The notes beneath the pieces are model-generated. The model did no database searches. It saw only the letters and a program-made list of their open reading frames with translations, and was not told the origin of the DNA. The position numbers were made by a program, and so were the translations under genes. From Hydrolagus colliei (lineage: Eukaryota), in NCBI GenBank assembly GCA_035084275.1, contig CM068743.1, positions 116,436,001 to 116,500,000 of the forward strand: 64,000 nt of DNA, in the 5' to 3' direction. Below are positions 61,010-64,000 of the stretch, in pieces; the first letter of the stretch is position 1, and each line of letters starts with the position of its first letter.

Positions 61010-61486
61010 ATGTGGGGGGCAGGTTGTGTCTGTGTGCTGAGTGCCTTGATGTCACGTAGGTTTATCTGGACGTTTTGAAACGATGATAACAATAATAATT
61101 CTTGCATTCGCTGTTCCTTGATAATGATTATCACATTATCAGAGAGTAAAACTTAATAAGGAATTGTTTTTGTCTTTCCAGTGGGCTGTGATGGTCTGTC
61201 CTTGACTCAGCCCATATCCATGCTCAAGAAACCCAGCAGGACACTAGAGATGACCTGCTCAGTGGTGGGCGGATCAATGCAGAATTTGTATGTTCACTGG
61301 TACCGTGGGAATCCCGGGAAGGAGTTTCAATGGATTCTCTATTACCGCTCAGATACACTGAAGGAAACATCGCCTGCCTTTTCAGAGCGTTTCTCTGCTG
61401 TTAAAAGTGATCAGTCGTGTATTCTTACAATCATAAAACCCAACAAGGATGACAGTGCCACCTATTATTGTGGTGTCTGGGATTCA
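61010..61486 (+). CDS. TRGV: TCR gamma-like V segment V11 (subgroup C, intact); leader 61010-61055, V exon 61182-61486
   Basis: Leader MWGAGCVCVLSALMS, donor gtaggt, open V exon ending YYCGVWDS. Confidence 0.88.
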
Positions 61487-61525
61487 CACAGCACTCGCAG
61501 ACACACAACACATCGTACAATAACT
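61487..61525 (+). other. 23-bp RSS of V11
   Basis: cacagca + 23 nt (ctcgcagacacacaacacatcgt) + acaataact. Confidence 0.92.
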
Positions 61526-62517
61526 TGCCTTTCAATAGAAGATCAACTCGGTTGCAGCTGAGTCTCAGTGTGTTCATTGAAGGAGCGATTGTTAACTGCA
61601 GCAGAGAAAAAACAAACACATCACATCGTCCACATATCACATCACAGAGCGTTTCTCGAAATCTTTATACAGTGAAGCACAGTGACTGTATTATGTTAAT
61701 GAATAAGACACAGTATTTTAATTGCCATTGACATCCAACCATTCTATTGACTCTCATATATTTTGTCTAAAATTAAATCCACTAAAGTTCGCAATCACAG
61801 ACCACACTCTCCTACTCATTACTGTGAATATTCGCACGTTAAATATGAGACATACTTCGTTCTGAAAGTAAGTGGAAGATTGTGCAACTAGAAACAGTTT
61901 TCTAGGTTACAAAAACTCTAATGTTTGTATACACAGCCATAGCCTCGTGGTAAATCCATTGTATCATAAACTTAATATTTCTGTAGTGAAGATTGGAAAT
62001 GTGTTTTAAAATTACGTTTTTCTCAAGACCATTTTCTTATTCGCCATCTCTGTCCTTGGATCATTCCCAACAATAAAAATGCTTTTTACATGCCTCTGTC
62101 CTCTCTAGGCCTGGTTTCCCCCAAGGTCCTCCTCACCAACCTCCCCAACCATACTCTACACAAACTCTAGATCACTATTAACACAGTCTTTGCCAAAACA
62201 AACTCGGTGAGACCATCAATGCCAGACACCCCGACACCCTGTTCCCCAAAAAAGCCTCAAATATTGTGGGCCTTGAACCCACAACCTTCTGACACAGAAC
62301 CTGCGGTTGCTGCCAAATGAGCCAATCTGATAGACAATGAAGAAATGGCCAGAGGTAACGCTCAGCTTGAAGAGGTGATGGGAGGAGGAGAAACACAACC
62401 GCAAACACTGCTTATTGGCACAAACAGGACAGGTTTAGATCATTCTCACTCAAGACGAACGCAGTGATCTGGTCAGATCCCCCTCAAGCTGTGCTGAGGG
62501 CTCACATCACATCAGAT

Positions 62518-62952
62518 ATGTGGGGGGCAGGTTGTGTCTGTGTGCTCAGTGCCCTGGTGTCATGTAAGTTTATCTGGATGCAATTTAATGATTATCACAT
62601 CATCAGAGACAGTAAACGAGGCTAATTATTTTATTTTGTGTTTCCAGTTGGCTGTGAGGGCTTTACCTTGTCACAGCCCATGTCCATGATCAAGGAGGAA
62701 GGAAAAACAGCGAAGATTCCCTGTGAAATGGAAAATAAATCAATGGGCAATGACTATGTTCACTGGTACCGTGAGAATCCCGGGAAGGGGCTTCAATGGA
62801 TGTTGTATTATCACTCAAAGGACAAGAAAGGTCACTCGCATGATTTCCCAAGCCGTTTTTCTGCTGAGAAACGTGGGGACCTGTGCACTCTCACAATCAC
62901 AAGCCTCAACTCGGCTGACACTGGTACTTATTATTGTGGAGTCTGGGATTCC
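62518..62952 (+). CDS. TRGV: TCR gamma-like V segment V12 (subgroup A); leader 62518-62563, V exon 62648-62952
   Basis: Intact leader, splice sites and V exon. Confidence 0.88.
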
Positions 62953-62991
62953 CACAGCAGCTGCAGACACACTACAGATCGTACAATAACT
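62953..62991 (+). other. 23-bp RSS of V12
   Basis: cacagca + 23 nt + acaataact. Confidence 0.92.
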
Positions 62992-63809
62992 TGCCTCTCA
63001 CTCGAAAGCCAACACGGCTGCAGTTGGGTGTCAGTGTAATGAGGGGGAAACTGTGAACTGTAGCAGAGAGACCCCAGCCTGGTCAATGCTGAAGGTTGTG
63101 GTCCAGATACTGGGGAAGAACTGTACATCATGTGTTTCTGTCACTGTAATAAGCGGGAGGGGAAGAATTGAAGGGGAACCTTATTTTAGTCACTCAGACA
63201 TTTTGCTCCAATGGGAGATTGTACATCAATCATATGCTGGGCTTGTAAACAAATAAAACCACACATTTGATGTGATGCGTGAACTTTGTAAAAATAATTG
63301 AATTGTAATAACTTAGAAATGGAAAGCGTAACAATTGAAGTGTAACGGTGAACATTTCAATCTGCATTGGGTGCCATATACTAATTGGAAAAGTAAACCC
63401 TAGAAAGTTCAGGTTTGCCTCTGTTCACCCCTTCCGAATTGCAATGAAAATGATAAAATACTAATTCTGCTTGATGATATATGATGGACTATGAAACATC
63501 TGTTTCACTTAAATTTGTCTAAATCTTCTATTTACGGGAACATGCCGCGTTTCTCCTGCCCCATAAATAAATAGACAGACAGATGAAGCAAGCAAGCAAA
63601 GAAGCAAGCAAGCAAATACAGTAGGACAAAAGCGTAAATGGGCGCAGCTGTTGTGCGGGCTGATGAGGTAGGCGGGGGGCGGGAGAAACACAACCTCACA
63701 ACAACGGTAGTTGGCAGAAAGGGGTTTCAATCATTCCCACAGAATAAAGAGCGAAGTGAACTCATCCGATCAGCTTCTCTCTGTTCCTTGTCCACACATC
63801 ACATTAGAT

Positions 63810-64000
63810 ATGTGGGGGGCAGGTTGTGTCTGTGTGCTGAGTGCCTTCATGTCACGTAAGTTTATCTGGACGCTTTGAAATGATAACAATAATTCTTGCA
63901 TTCGCTGTTCCTTGATAATGATTATCACATTATCAGAGAGTAAAACTTAATAAGGAATTGTTTTTGTCTTTCCAGTGGGCTGTGATGGTCTGTCCTTGAC
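63810..64000 (+). CDS. TRGV: TCR gamma-like V segment V13 (subgroup C), cut by the window end; leader 63810-63855, V exon starts 63976
   Basis: Promoter, leader and intron nearly identical to V11; functional status cannot be judged. Confidence 0.75.

Noticed and set aside
28769-64000. Alternative identities: Ig light chain, NAR-TCR V or IgH-like V
   Set aside because: No V-J-C cluster organisation or germline joining, and no IgH/NAR framework motifs. The IgL-lambda-like YYCGVWDS end means phylogenetic confirmation is still needed.

Overview
Vertebrate genomic DNA, most likely from a cartilaginous fish and possibly a chimaera. That taxon call is inferred only from the repeat complement (CR1, L2, Deu-type tRNA SINEs). 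Bases 1-9 kb hold the 5' end of SUSD5 on the minus strand: signal-peptide exon 7668-7758, Link-module exons 6188-6365 and 652-770, a CpG-rich promoter and a ~490 bp compound tandem repeat. Bases 9-27 kb are a transposon-rich spacer with no coding exon I could support. Bases 28.8-64 kb are a plus-strand tandem array of rearranging antigen-receptor V segments, best read as T-cell receptor gamma V (TRGV). It has 12 complete in-frame leader/intron/V-exon/23-bp-RSS units in three promoter-leader subgroups (called A, B and C here), a 13th cut by the window edge, and 5 subgroup-C pseudogene relics. No D, J or C segment was found. Notable structure inside the array: shuffled CDR1/CDR2/FR3 modules, near-invariant promoters and RSS flanks, an antisense SINE head built into the A and B promoters, repeated same-orientation CTCF motifs (one split by a ~5 kb nested transposon stack), and RUNX/ETS/octamer motif clusters. 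All homology calls come from recalled sequence knowledge and by-eye alignment. No searches were run, and repeat boundaries are approximate.
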